Source: Alphaproteobacteria bacterium (lineage in GTDB: Bacteria; Pseudomonadota; Alphaproteobacteria; UBA828). From it: a DNA stretch of 64,000 bases. Each line of letters starts with the position of its first letter. The stretch's first letter is position 1. Position numbers and translations under genes: made by a program. The notes under the pieces are model-generated. The model made no database searches. It was not told where the DNA came from and was given only the letters and a program-made list of their open reading frames with translations. Where the stretch lies: contig CBDCRW010000007.1 in NCBI GenBank assembly GCA_965221125.1, forward strand, positions 544,001-608,000. The letters run 5' to 3'. Shown in pieces: positions 28,151 to 38,139 of the stretch.

Positions 28151-28429
28151 ATGATAGAGTCGTTCAGGCATCGGGGCTTGAAGGCGCTGTATCACGGCAG
28201 GACGGCCCGGTGGGTGGCTCCAGAGCACGTTCAGCGGCTAAGGGACATTCTGGCGGCTCTCGACAGCAGCCGAGAGCCGGAGGGCATGGACCTGCCGGGA
28301 TTTCGACTGCATGAGCTGACGGGGCGATTGAAGGGCCACTACGCGGTCTCGGTGTCGCGAAACTGGCGTGTGACCTTTCGCTTCGAGGACGAATCGGCGG
28401 TCGATGTCGATTACGTCGACTATCACTGA
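28151..28429 (+). CDS. higB: HigB-like RelE/ParE toxin
   Basis: MIESFRHRGL...RLHELTG..KGHYAVSVSRNWRVTFRF...DYVDYH; lies upstream of the antitoxin. Confidence 0.9.
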   Translation: MIESFRHRGLKALYHGRTARWVAPEHVQRLRDILAALDSSREPEGMDLPGFRLHELTGRLKGHYAVSVSRNWRVTFRFEDESAVDVDYVDYH

Positions 28430-28440
28430 GGAGGCCGGTC

Positions 28441-28728
28441 ATGGCGATGCACAATCCTCCACATCCGGGAGGGATCGTGAAACGGCAATGCCTGGAACCG
28501 CTGGGCCTCACCGTGACGCGCGCCGCGCAGGGCCTGGGGGTCACGCGTCAGGCGCTGTCCGAGCTTGTGAACGAACGGACCGGGGTCTCGGTCGACATGG
28601 CGATACGGCTCTCGAAAGCGTTCGGCTCGACGCCGGAATCCTGGCTCGGCATGCAGATGGCCTACGATCTTTGGCAGGCGCGCGACCGCGCGGGTCAGAT
28701 CTCGGTCGAGCGCTTTGTCGCGGCCTGA
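28441..28728 (+). CDS. higA: HigA antitoxin (HTH-Xre)
   Basis: MHNPPHPG..., LGVTRQALSELVN, MAIRLSKAFGSTPESWLGMQMAYDL. Confidence 0.92.
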   Translation: MAMHNPPHPGGIVKRQCLEPLGLTVTRAAQGLGVTRQALSELVNERTGVSVDMAIRLSKAFGSTPESWLGMQMAYDLWQARDRAGQISVERFVAA

Positions 28729-28830
28729 GGTCCGCTTCTCCGCTTCGCTCCGTGGCTCGTTCGACGGGGAAGCCGCCATTGACAGGGGCCCGGCTTCGAT
28801 AGACGGTCCGACGCAGGCTCCGGGCGGGGT

Positions 28831-29472
28831 GTGCCCGCGAACGCCGGCCGCCGCCACGACGCAGGAGTCGATCGGTTGCGCCGCTACCTGCTCCTCTACC
28901 GCTTCCTGATCGTCAACATCGTGGGCGCGGCCCTTCTCGGGCTCGCCGGCGCGCAGGGGTGGATCGCGCGCATCGCCGAGGCAGACCCCACGGGCCTCGT
29001 CTTCGTCATCTTCGGTGTCTTCGCGGTGGGCCTCGCGCTCTGCGGCTACCGCCTGTTCAAGACGAGCGCGGCCCTCAACAGGCTGGAGGAGGGCGGGGCG
29101 GCGGACCTCCCATCCGCCTGGACCCGGAGTACGCCCGTCCGCCCGGAATTCAGGGCCGAGGCGCTGAAGGCGCGGCTCTTCAGCCGCATCGCCGTGGTGC
29201 GTCAGATCGCGGCCGCGCTCGTCGTGCTGGGGCTGATCGGCACCGTGGCCGGCTTCATCATCGCGCTTTCCGGGGTCTCGGCGGAGGATGCCGGCACGCT
29301 CGCCGCCGTGCAGCCGATGATCTCCACCCTCATCAGCGGCATGTCGGTCGCCCTCTACACGACCCTGGAGGGCGCCATCCTGGGCCTCTGGCTCACCGTC
29401 AACTACCGTATGCTGGCGACCGGCACCGCCACGCTCTACAGCGAGCTCCTCGCGGCCGATGGACGAGTTTGA
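28831..29472 (+). CDS. MotA/TolQ/ExbB proton-channel family protein
   Basis: LGLIGTVAGFI...GMSVALYTTL.G transmembrane signature. Confidence 0.8.
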   Translation: MPANAGRRHDAGVDRLRRYLLLYRFLIVNIVGAALLGLAGAQGWIARIAEADPTGLVFVIFGVFAVGLALCGYRLFKTSAALNRLEEGGAADLPSAWTRSTPVRPEFRAEALKARLFSRIAVVRQIAAALVVLGLIGTVAGFIIALSGVSAEDAGTLAAVQPMISTLISGMSVALYTTLEGAILGLWLTVNYRMLATGTATLYSELLAADGRV

Positions 29473-30103
29473 CGACGACAGCGGCACGATCTTTCGCGAT
29501 GTCATTCTGCTGGCACTCGCGGCCTTCGTCGCGATGGTGCTCATGCTCCTGCCGTTCCTCAATCCGAGCGCGGAAGCCGAGATCGAGGCCGAGGGGATGG
29601 CCGACCCCGGCAACGTGATCATCGAGCTGCTGTGGGCGGCCGATCGCGACGCCGACATCGACCTCTGGGTCAAGGCGCCCGCCAGGCTGCCGGTCGGCTT
29701 CCCCAACAAGGGCAACGAGGTGGTCAACCTGCTGCGCGACGATCTCGGCTTGTTTCAAGACCTTACCGACATCAATTACGAGATTGTCTACAGCCGCGGC
29801 ATCGTCCCCGGCGAGTGGATCGTCAACGTCCAGGCCTACCGCCTGGAGGATCCGATTCAGCCGGTTCCGGTGCAGGTCCAGGTGGTCGTCAGCGTCAAGC
29901 GCGAGGGCGAGGACAGGCCGACGCCGATCCTGGAGAAGGAGGTCGAGCTGCGCTATCCGCGCCACGAGACGACCGTGTTCCGCTTCGCGCTCACCGGCAA
30001 GGGCGCGCTGGTGCACGGCAGCGTCAACGACGTGAGGCTCTCGCTGATACGGGAGTACGCCCAGAGCCAGCTCCGCTCCCGCGAGGTGCAGCCGGGTGGA
30101 TAG
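29459..30103 (+). CDS. Single-TM protein with membrane Asp (MotB/ExbD-like anchor) and atypical periplasmic domain
   Basis: IFRDVILLALAAFVAMVLMLL anchor followed by a DIDLWV beta-rich domain; overlaps the upstream gene. Confidence 0.7.
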   Translation: MDEFDDDSGTIFRDVILLALAAFVAMVLMLLPFLNPSAEAEIEAEGMADPGNVIIELLWAADRDADIDLWVKAPARLPVGFPNKGNEVVNLLRDDLGLFQDLTDINYEIVYSRGIVPGEWIVNVQAYRLEDPIQPVPVQVQVVVSVKREGEDRPTPILEKEVELRYPRHETTVFRFALTGKGALVHGSVNDVRLSLIREYAQSQLRSREVQPGG

Positions 30104-30608
30104 TTTCGCCTATCTCTACATCGCGCTCGCGCTGGTCGGCGCGGCCCTGGCCAGCATTGCGGTCTGGTCCCGGCGGCGGGCGATCTGGAAGGCTGCGGCC
30201 GTGGGGCTGCTCGCGGCGCTCGTCGTCATCGGCTATTTCAGCTATTCCATGCTGCTCTCGCGGCCGAAGGCGCTGTCTCCCGACATGGACGGCGTGACGG
30301 GCGCGCGGGTGCTCTCTGCCGCACTGCGCGAGGACGAAGCCATTTACCTCTGGCTTTCCATCGAGGGAACGCCGCGCTTCTACGCGCTGCCGTGGGACCA
30401 GGCGGTCGCCCAGCGGCTTCAGTCGGTCATGCGCGAGACCCGGCGCTCGGGCCACGACGTGGAGATCCGCTCGAACGAGACGGGCGGCGATAACAGCGAA
30501 GCGGAGGAGGCGGACCCCGAGGTGCACACGTTCTACGCGGTGCCGCCGCCGATCCTGCTGCCGACGAAGCGGCTGCACGCCATCCGCGGGCCAGCGGGCG
30601 AGATGTAG
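30096..30608 (+). CDS. Hypothetical membrane protein
   Basis: Two N-terminal TM helices, then LSRPK...IYLWL...PRFYALPW; overlaps the upstream gene. Confidence 0.7.
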   Translation: MDSFAYLYIALALVGAALASIAVWSRRRAIWKAAAVGLLAALVVIGYFSYSMLLSRPKALSPDMDGVTGARVLSAALREDEAIYLWLSIEGTPRFYALPWDQAVAQRLQSVMRETRRSGHDVEIRSNETGGDNSEAEEADPEVHTFYAVPPPILLPTKRLHAIRGPAGEM

Positions 30609-30610
30609 CG

Positions 30611-31816
30611 GTGAGAAGCACGTGCTCCACGGAGGCGGTCCCGGCGGCGTCGGCCGCCCGCCGCGCGGCTGCGCCCTATGCCTCGCGCCCGGAGCGGAGC
30701 CGCGGCCGGCTCTACTCCGAGCCGGAAAGCCGCACCCGCACGCCCTTCCAGCGCGATCGCGACCGGATCATCCACTGTGCGGCGTTTCGGCGCCTGCAGC
30801 ACAAGACGCAGGTCTTCGTCCACCACGAGGGGGATCACTACCGCACCCGGCTGACGCACAGCCTGGAAGTGGCGCAGATTGCGCGCTCGATCAGCCGCGT
30901 GCTCGGTGTGGACGAGGACCTCGCCGAGGCGCTCGCGCTGGCCCACGATCTCGGGCACCCGCCGTTCGGCCATGCCGGGGAGGCCGCGCTCGATCAGGCG
31001 ATGGGGGCCTACGGCGGCTTCGATCACAACGCGCAGACCGTGCGCATTCTGACCGCCCTGGAGCACCGCTATAACGGCTTCGACGGCCTGAACCTCACCT
31101 GGGAGACCCTGGAAGGGGTGGCGAAGCACAATGGCCCGCGCCCGGCGGATGCCGTGCCGGGCGACATCGAGGCCTATTCCACCCGGCACGACCTCGAGCT
31201 CCACACCCATGCCGGCCTGGAGGCGCAGGTCGCCGCACTGGCGGACGACATCGCCTACAACAACCACGACGTCGATGACGGGTTGCGGGCGGGCCTCTTC
31301 GGCGTGGACGACCTGCGGGATGTCCCGTTCGTGGACGCGGTCCTCGACGATGCGAGCGCGGACAATCCGGGCGGCGACGAGGGCCGCCTCATTCACGAGA
31401 CCGTCCGCCGCATGATCGGCACCATGGTCGAGGACGTGATCGATACCAGCCGGCGGCGCCTGGAAGAGGCCGGTCCCGAGGACGTCGACGCCGTGCGCCG
31501 GCACGGGGCCCCGCTGATCGCCTTCTCGGCGACGATGCAGACCCATGGCGATGCGCTGAGGGCCTTTCTGCACGCGCGCATGTATCGCCATCACAAGGTC
31601 AATCGGATGGCGAGCAAGGCACGCCGGACCGTGCGCGAGCTCTTCGAGCTTTTCATCGACGAGCCGCAGTGCCTGCCCGAGGAATGGCGGGAGCGATGCG
31701 ACGGGCCCCGGACGATGACGACGGCCCGCGTCGTCGCCGACTACGTTGCCGGAATGACGGATCGCTTCGCCATACAGGAACATCGCAACCTCTTCGAAAC
31801 GGTGCTGTGGAGATGA
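30611..31816 (+). CDS. dgt: Deoxyguanosinetriphosphate triphosphohydrolase
   Basis: [52 protein letters not shown]. Confidence 0.95.
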   Translation: MRSTCSTEAVPAASAARRAAAPYASRPERSRGRLYSEPESRTRTPFQRDRDRIIHCAAFRRLQHKTQVFVHHEGDHYRTRLTHSLEVAQIARSISRVLGVDEDLAEALALAHDLGHPPFGHAGEAALDQAMGAYGGFDHNAQTVRILTALEHRYNGFDGLNLTWETLEGVAKHNGPRPADAVPGDIEAYSTRHDLELHTHAGLEAQVAALADDIAYNNHDVDDGLRAGLFGVDDLRDVPFVDAVLDDASADNPGGDEGRLIHETVRRMIGTMVEDVIDTSRRRLEEAGPEDVDAVRRHGAPLIAFSATMQTHGDALRAFLHARMYRHHKVNRMASKARRTVRELFELFIDEPQCLPEEWRERCDGPRTMTTARVVADYVAGMTDRFAIQEHRNLFETVLWR

Positions 31817-33567
31817 ACGTTTTCAGTTACTTGTCGGACAGTATTCGGGCAGAGCTTGAGGCGCTGTGCCAGGCCGGCGCGCTGCCCGCCGGCCTCGATC
31901 TCTCGTCCGTCTCGGTCGAGCCGCCGCGCGAGGCGGAGCACGGCGATGCGGCGTGCAACGCGGCGCTGGTTCTCGCCAGGCAGGCGCAGCGCAAGCCACG
32001 CGACATCGCCGAACGCCTGGCGGAGAGGATGGAAGCGCGCCCGGAAATCCGCGCCGCCGAGGTGGCCGGCCCCGGCTTTCTCAACCTCAGGCTCACGGAC
32101 GAATTCTGGTGGGCGCGGCTGGCCGAGCTGCTGGATACCGGCGCGGGCTACGGCGCCACGGATCTCGGCGGCGGCCAGCCGGTCAACGTCGAGTACGTCT
32201 CGGCCAACCCGACCGGCCCGCTCCATGTCGGGCACGCCAGGGGGGCGGTGGTGGGGGACGCCCTCGCCAACCTGCTCGCGCACATGGGCTTCGCCGTGAC
32301 GCGCGAATACTACGTGAACGACGCCGGCGCCCAGGTCGATACCCTGGCCCGCTCGGTCCACGCGCGCTACCGGGAGGCATGCGGAGAGACCGTCGGCGCC
32401 ATTCCGGAGGGGCTCTATCCGGGCGACTATCTCGTCCCCGTCGGCGCGGCGCTGGCGGCCCGCGACGGCCGGCGCTGGCTGGAAGAGCCTGAATCGGCCT
32501 GGCTGCCGGAGGTTCGCCGCTTCGCCACCGAGGCAATGATGGATCTCGTGCGCGCCGATCTCGATGCGTTGGGCGTGCGCCACGATCTGTTCCGATCCGA
32601 GCGCGAGCTGGTGGGCGAAGGCCGCGTCGACGATGCCTACGCCGCGCTGGAGGCCGCCGATCTGATCTATAGCGGCGTGCTTGAGCCGCCCAAGGGCAAG
32701 CGCGACGAGGACTGGGAGCCCCGCGAGCAGAGCCTCTTCCGTGCCACGTCCTTCGGCGACGACACCGACCGGCCGCTCAGGAAGTCGGACGGAACCTGGA
32801 CCTACTTCGCCACGGACATCGCCTATCACCGCGACAAGATCGAGCGTGGATTCACCGACCTGATCGACGTCTGGGGGGCCGATCACGGCGGCTACGTCAA
32901 GCGGATGAAGGCTGCCGTATCAGCGCTTTCCGGCGATTCGGCGAGTCTCGACGTGAAGATATGCCAGATGGTGAAGCTGCTCGACAGCGGCGAGCCGGTG
33001 GCGATGTCGAAGCGGGCCGGGCGCTTCGTGACCCTGCGCGACGTGGTCGACGAGGTCGGGCGCGATGTCGTTCGCTTCATCATGCTGACCCGGCGCAACG
33101 ACGCGCCGCTCGAATTCGACCTGCGCCGGGTCACGGAACAGTCGCGGGACAACCCGGTCTTCTACGTCCAGTATGCCCATGCGCGGGCCTGCTCGGCGCT
33201 CCGCCGCGGCTCGGAAATCGTGCCGGACTCGGACCTCGCGTCCGCCGCTCTCGCCGGCGCCGACCTCTCGTGCCTGGACCATGCGGCCGAGCTCGACCTG
33301 ATCCGGCGGCTGTGCCAGTGGCCGCGGGTGCTGGCGGGCGCCGCGCTCGCCCATGAGCCGCATCGAATCGCCTTTCATCTGCAGGAGCTCGCCGCCGCCT
33401 TCCACCTCTTCTGGACCAGGGGGAAGGATGACCCGCGGCTTCGCATCGTCGATGGCGAACGCCCGGCGGAGACACGCGCCCGGCTCGCATTGATAACCGC
33501 CGTCAAGATCGTTATTGCGGAGGGGCTGGCACTGTTCGGAGTCGATCCGGTGCAGGAGATGCGATGA
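31813..33567 (+). CDS. argS: Arginine--tRNA ligase
   Basis: [16 protein letters not shown] (HIGH), [26 protein letters not shown]; ATGA overlap with dgt. Confidence 0.97.
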   Translation: MNVFSYLSDSIRAELEALCQAGALPAGLDLSSVSVEPPREAEHGDAACNAALVLARQAQRKPRDIAERLAERMEARPEIRAAEVAGPGFLNLRLTDEFWWARLAELLDTGAGYGATDLGGGQPVNVEYVSANPTGPLHVGHARGAVVGDALANLLAHMGFAVTREYYVNDAGAQVDTLARSVHARYREACGETVGAIPEGLYPGDYLVPVGAALAARDGRRWLEEPESAWLPEVRRFATEAMMDLVRADLDALGVRHDLFRSERELVGEGRVDDAYAALEAADLIYSGVLEPPKGKRDEDWEPREQSLFRATSFGDDTDRPLRKSDGTWTYFATDIAYHRDKIERGFTDLIDVWGADHGGYVKRMKAAVSALSGDSASLDVKICQMVKLLDSGEPVAMSKRAGRFVTLRDVVDEVGRDVVRFIMLTRRNDAPLEFDLRRVTEQSRDNPVFYVQYAHARACSALRRGSEIVPDSDLASAALAGADLSCLDHAAELDLIRRLCQWPRVLAGAALAHEPHRIAFHLQELAAAFHLFWTRGKDDPRLRIVDGERPAETRARLALITAVKIVIAEGLALFGVDPVQEMR

Positions 33568-34814
33568 GCGCCGGCGAAGACGGCCCCGAGACTCCATCGG
33601 CGCCGGAGCCGCCGAGGCCGGAGCCGCCGAGGCCGGAAACGCCGCAGGAACCGGCGGAGCCTGCCGTCGCGGAAGGGGCCGAGCCTGCCGCCGGTGAGGC
33701 GGTGGAGAGCGGGCGCCCCCGGCTGCTTCCCGTGTGGATTCTCCTTGGTGCCGCCGCGCTCTCGGGCGGTGCCTGGGCGGTCATGGACAATGTGGGGGGC
33801 GGTGGCCCGCCTGCCGACGACGCCTCGGTGCCGCTCATCACCGCGTCGACCGAGCCCTGGAAGGTTCGGCCCGCCGATCCAGGCGGGATGGAGATCCCCA
33901 ATCAGGGCACGCTGATCTACGAGACGTTGACCACGGCCGATCCCGAGGAAGCGCCGGAGCGCATCCTGCCGCCACCGGAAGAGCCGCTGAGCCCGCCGAA
34001 ACCGGAGACCGACCGCGCCGAAGAGCTGGCCGTCGCGGCATCCGGTGTGGCGAGGGACGACGGAGCGCCGCAACCGGACACTGGCACTGCTCCGGTCGAG
34101 GATGCGGCGCCGCCAGAGCCCGAGGCGCCGGAGCCTGACGGGGGCGAAGACGCATCCCCGATGGAGGTCGAGACGGCGGCGGAGCCGGACATGGTCGAGG
34201 CGGCCCTCTCGCCGGAAGACGATGCCTCCTGGCCTGACTCGATCGTAAGACCGCATCCGCCCAAGCCCGGATCGTTGGCGGCATTGCAGGCTGGTGCAGG
34301 GCGATTGTCCGAGTCCGACAGGCCCGCCACGGCCGAAGAGTTACCGGAGCTGGAGCCCGAGACGGTGGCTCTGCTGGAGGAGCTGCTGGAGCGCGACTCC
34401 GGGGAGCCCGCCGGCCCGGCAAGGCAGGAGTACGTCGATGGCGTGCCGTTGCCCGTCTCCAAGCCGGCCCGCGTTGCGCGAGCCGCGCCAGCCGAGCCTT
34501 CGTTTGAAGAAACGGTCAGGTCCGAGCCGGAAACGACGCTGGATCCGGTGCAATCCGGCTCCCGCACCTGGCGCTACGTTCAGCTCGGCGCGGCCAACGC
34601 CAGAGGCCCGCTGGAAGGTCATTGGGAGATGCTGCGCCAACGTCACGGCGACGTGCTCGTCGGCTTGAGCCCGCTGATCATGCCGGTCGACAGCGGCGAC
34701 AGCGGCATCACGTACCGACTGCGCGCCGGCCCGCTCAGCGACGCGGGCGCGGCGCAACGGGTCTGCGCGCAGCTCAAGGAGCGCGGGCTCGCGTGCTTCG
34801 TCCCTCGGGATTGA
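33564..34814 (+). CDS. SPOR-domain cell-envelope protein
   Basis: TM helix, [19 protein letters not shown], acidic/Pro linker, C-terminal YVQLGA...YRLRAGP...C..LK..G.AC; argS-SPOR-nagZ order. Confidence 0.85.
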   Translation: MSAGEDGPETPSAPEPPRPEPPRPETPQEPAEPAVAEGAEPAAGEAVESGRPRLLPVWILLGAAALSGGAWAVMDNVGGGGPPADDASVPLITASTEPWKVRPADPGGMEIPNQGTLIYETLTTADPEEAPERILPPPEEPLSPPKPETDRAEELAVAASGVARDDGAPQPDTGTAPVEDAAPPEPEAPEPDGGEDASPMEVETAAEPDMVEAALSPEDDASWPDSIVRPHPPKPGSLAALQAGAGRLSESDRPATAEELPELEPETVALLEELLERDSGEPAGPARQEYVDGVPLPVSKPARVARAAPAEPSFEETVRSEPETTLDPVQSGSRTWRYVQLGAANARGPLEGHWEMLRQRHGDVLVGLSPLIMPVDSGDSGITYRLRAGPLSDAGAAQRVCAQLKERGLACFVPRD

Positions 34815-34821
34815 GGCGGGT

Positions 34822-35856
34822 GTGACAGTGCGTGCCGCGCCGCGGGCGATGGTCCTGGGCTGCGCGGGCGTTGCGCTCGACGACGGCGAGCGCCGCCTCA
34901 TGGCCGATGCCGATCCGGCAGGCTTCATCCTGTTCAAGCGCAACTGCGAGAGCCCGGCGCAGACGCGGGCGCTGATCGAATCGCTCCGGGAGGCCGTGGG
35001 CCGGCCCGACGCGCCGGTGCTCGTCGATCAGGAGGGCGGGCGCGTAGTGCGGCTCGGCTCTCCCCACTGGCGCGAGCCGCCGGCGCCGGCCACGCTCGGC
35101 GCCTTGGCCGCGATCGATGAGACCGCCGGCGTGCGCGCGGCATGGTTGAACGCGCGGCTGGTGGCGGCGGATCTGCACGCGCTCGGCTTCAGCATCAACT
35201 GCGTGCCGGTGCTGGACCTCCGCTACGCCGGCGCGAGCAGGGTCGTGGGCGACCGTTCGCTCGGTGCCGACCCCCGCCCGGTGGCGAGGCTCGGCCGCGC
35301 GATCGCGGACGGCATGCTCGCCGGCGGCATCGTGCCGGCCGTCAAGCACCTGCCCGGTCATGGCCGGGCGGAGGCCGACAGCCACGCGGTGCTGCCGCAC
35401 GTGGACGCGCCGCTCGATGCGTTGCGCGCCCGCGACTTCGTGCCGTTTCGCACGCTCCGCGACGTGCCCGTGGGCCTCACGGCGCACGTCTGTTACGCCG
35501 CGCTCGATCCCGAGCGGCCGGGCACCCTCTCGCCAGAGGTCATCGCAAGGGCGGTGCGGGGCGATATCGGCTTCGACGGCCTGCTGGTGACCGACGATCT
35601 GTCCATGGGGGCGTTGACCGGCTCGGTTGGCGCCCGCGCGGCCGCCGCGCTCGCCGCCGGCTGCGACCTGGCCCTGCATTGCAACGGCAAGCGGGAGGAA
35701 ATGGAGGACGTCGCCGCGGCGGTGCCGCCGCTCGCCGGCCGGGCGCTGGAGCGATTCGAGCGCATGCTGGCGGCGCGACGGCAGCCGCAAGCGTTCGACG
35801 ATGCCGAGGGCCTTCGCGAGCTGGATGCCTTGCTCGCCAGGGTGATGCCGCAGTGA
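34822..35856 (+). CDS. nagZ: beta-N-acetylhexosaminidase (GH3)
   Basis: GFILFKRN, VDQEGGRV.R, KHLPGHG...DSH, TDDLSM. Confidence 0.93.
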   Translation: MTVRAAPRAMVLGCAGVALDDGERRLMADADPAGFILFKRNCESPAQTRALIESLREAVGRPDAPVLVDQEGGRVVRLGSPHWREPPAPATLGALAAIDETAGVRAAWLNARLVAADLHALGFSINCVPVLDLRYAGASRVVGDRSLGADPRPVARLGRAIADGMLAGGIVPAVKHLPGHGRAEADSHAVLPHVDAPLDALRARDFVPFRTLRDVPVGLTAHVCYAALDPERPGTLSPEVIARAVRGDIGFDGLLVTDDLSMGALTGSVGARAAAALAAGCDLALHCNGKREEMEDVAAAVPPLAGRALERFERMLAARRQPQAFDDAEGLRELDALLARVMPQ

Positions 35857-36557
35857 TCGAAGCCTGGCTGCTCGCCGCATCGGTCTGGGTGATTCCGGTG
35901 CTGTTCGCCATTACCCTGCACGAGGTTGCGCACGGCTGGGCTGCGCTCAAGCTCGGCGACGACACGGCGGCCCGTCTCGGCCGCCTCACCCTCAATCCCA
36001 TCAAGCACGTGCACCCCGTGGGCACGATCCTGTTGCCGGGGGCCCTCATCGCGCTCGGCGCGCCGTTCGTCTTCGGCTTTGCCAAGCCGGTGCCGGTCAA
36101 TCCGGCGCGGCTTCGCAACCCGCGCGGCGGCATGGTCCTGGTGGCGCTCGCGGGGCCGGGGATGAACATCCTCCTGGCCTGCCTCTCGGCGCTGCTGCTG
36201 CACGCTGCGCTGGCCTTTCCGCCGGTGTTCGCGGAGTGGTGGCGGGCGACCTTCACCCTCGGCATCGCCATCAATCTGGTGCTGGCGATCTTCAACATGC
36301 TGCCGGTGCCGCCGCTGGACGGCGGACGCGTGGTGCACGGGTTGCTGCCGCCGCGCTCCGCCGAACGTTTCGCGCGACTCGAACGCTTTGGTATCATCGC
36401 CGTGCTGGTCGGATTCTTTATCGTGCCGCTGATCGCGGCGGAGTTCGGCAGCGCGTTCAACCCGTTGGCCGAGGTCGTGTTGCCGCCGATGGCGGCGGGC
36501 TTCGAGCTGATCGTCGACGTGTTCGGCGTGGAGGCGCTGGTGTCATGGCGAATCTGA
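35853..36557 (+). CDS. Site-2 protease (M50) family protein
   Basis: ITLHEVAHG, VALAGP, FNMLPVPPLDGG; GTGA overlap with nagZ. Confidence 0.9.
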   Translation: MIEAWLLAASVWVIPVLFAITLHEVAHGWAALKLGDDTAARLGRLTLNPIKHVHPVGTILLPGALIALGAPFVFGFAKPVPVNPARLRNPRGGMVLVALAGPGMNILLACLSALLLHAALAFPPVFAEWWRATFTLGIAINLVLAIFNMLPVPPLDGGRVVHGLLPPRSAERFARLERFGIIAVLVGFFIVPLIAAEFGSAFNPLAEVVLPPMAAGFELIVDVFGVEALVSWRI

Positions 36558-37366
36558 CACCTTTCGAGGATGACGCGGGCGCGCGGGCCACCGCAGCCCC
36601 CGACCCCGCCGGTGCGAGCGACGAGGCCCGGCTGATCGTCAATCTCGACGGCTTCGAGGGCCCGCTCGACCTGCTGCTGACGCTGGCCCGCACCCAGAAG
36701 GTCGACCTCGCGCGCATCTCCATTCTGGCGCTGGCCGAGCAGTATCTGGACTACGTCGCCCAGGCGCGGCGGCTCCGCATCGAACTCGCGGCCGGCTATC
36801 TGGTCATGGCGGCCTGGCTGGCCTACCTGAAATCGCGTCTGCTCCTGCCCGACGACGAAGCGGACGCCGAAGAGCCGAGCGGCCCCGAGATGGCGGCGGC
36901 GCTCGCGCGCAGGCTGCGGCGCCTGGCCGCGATGCGCGATGCCGCTGCGGTTCTGATGGACCGCCCGCAGCTCGGCCGCGACGTCTTCGCCGGCGGCACG
37001 GCCGAGGGTCTGCCGGTCCACGAGGAGGCGCTCCACGAGGCCACGCTCCACGAGCTGCTGCGCGCCTATGCCGCGCACCGGATCCGGCGCAAACCCCGCA
37101 ACCTCTTGATCGAGCTTAGCGCCTACCACTCCATGGACGACGCCTACCGGCGCCTCTCGCAGATGCTGGGCAGTACGCCGGAATGGGAGACCCTTGAGGG
37201 CTTCCTGCCCCGCGGCGCCGGGACAGAGAGCGAGGCAGCCGCCCGCTCCGGCCTTGCGAGCACGCTGGCTGCATCGCTGGAGCTCGCGCGCGAGGGCCGC
37301 CTGCAGATGCGCCAGATGGAGCCCTTCGGCCCCATCTACCTCCGCCGGAGACAGGAGGAGCCATGA
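36545..37366 (+). CDS. scpA: Segregation and condensation protein A
   Basis: GFEGPLDLLL.LAR.QKVDL, YLVMAAWLAYLKSRLLLP, ASLELAREG. Confidence 0.93.
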   Translation: MANLTPFEDDAGARATAAPDPAGASDEARLIVNLDGFEGPLDLLLTLARTQKVDLARISILALAEQYLDYVAQARRLRIELAAGYLVMAAWLAYLKSRLLLPDDEADAEEPSGPEMAAALARRLRRLAAMRDAAAVLMDRPQLGRDVFAGGTAEGLPVHEEALHEATLHELLRAYAAHRIRRKPRNLLIELSAYHSMDDAYRRLSQMLGSTPEWETLEGFLPRGAGTESEAAARSGLASTLAASLELAREGRLQMRQMEPFGPIYLRRRQEEP

Positions 37367-38100
37367 CCATCGAACCGCTCGACCCTTCGCCCTCCCTGGA
37401 GCCGACCGAGGAGGACGAGCGCGCGGCCCGTGCGGCCCGCATCATGGAGGCCGTGATCTTCGCCTCGGACCGGCCCGTCGCTGCCGAGACGCTGGCGGCG
37501 CAGCTGCCGGACGGCTCCGATGTCGAGGCGGGGCTCGCCAGGCTCGCCGCGCATTACCGGCACCGCGGCATCCATCTCGTGAAGGTGGCCGGCGGCTGGA
37601 CCTTTCGCACCGCTCCCGACCTGGCCGAGCATCTCACGGTTCACCGTGTCGTCCGCCGACGGCTCTCGCGGGCTGCGCTGGAGACGCTCGCGATCATCGC
37701 CTATCACCAGCCGGTGACGCGGGCGGAGGTGGAGGAGATTCGCGGCGTCCACGTCGGGCGGGGCACGCTCGACCTGCTGCTGGAGGCGGGCTGGATCGCG
37801 CCGAAGGGACGCCGGCGCACGCCGGGCCGCCCTGTCACCTGGGTCACCACGACGGCGTTCATGGAGCACTTCGGCCTGGAGAGTCTCGACGACCTGCCCG
37901 GAGTCGACGAGCTGGAGGCCGTGGGGCTGCTGGACGACTCGGACCAGCCGACCGAAGGGCCGGGCGAAGTCTCGATTCAGTTACCCCTTGACGAGGCCGG
38001 AGACGCGGCGGACGCGACCGAAGAGCCTGAGGAGGGAGAAGCCTCCGATGGGGATTCGACGACGGTCGTCCCGCTCTCCGGCCGTGGGGGTGCTTCCTAG
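37363..38100 (+). CDS. scpB: Segregation and condensation protein B
   Basis: EAVIFAS, LSRAALETLAIIAYHQPVTRAEVEEIRGV, PGRP.T..TT..F..HFGL. Confidence 0.95.
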   Translation: MTIEPLDPSPSLEPTEEDERAARAARIMEAVIFASDRPVAAETLAAQLPDGSDVEAGLARLAAHYRHRGIHLVKVAGGWTFRTAPDLAEHLTVHRVVRRRLSRAALETLAIIAYHQPVTRAEVEEIRGVHVGRGTLDLLLEAGWIAPKGRRRTPGRPVTWVTTTAFMEHFGLESLDDLPGVDELEAVGLLDDSDQPTEGPGEVSIQLPLDEAGDAADATEEPEEGEASDGDSTTVVPLSGRGGAS

Positions 38101-38139
38101 CCCGACTCCACCGGCGGGTACGCCCCGCCTCAGCCTGCA

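Noticed and set aside
28831-30608. Zorya defence system
   Set aside because: No long ZorA tail, no OmpA-like ZorB domain, and no zorC/D/E genes.
30611-31816. dGTPase as an antiphage gene
   Set aside because: It sits in the conserved housekeeping dgt-argS-SPOR-nagZ-scpAB block.
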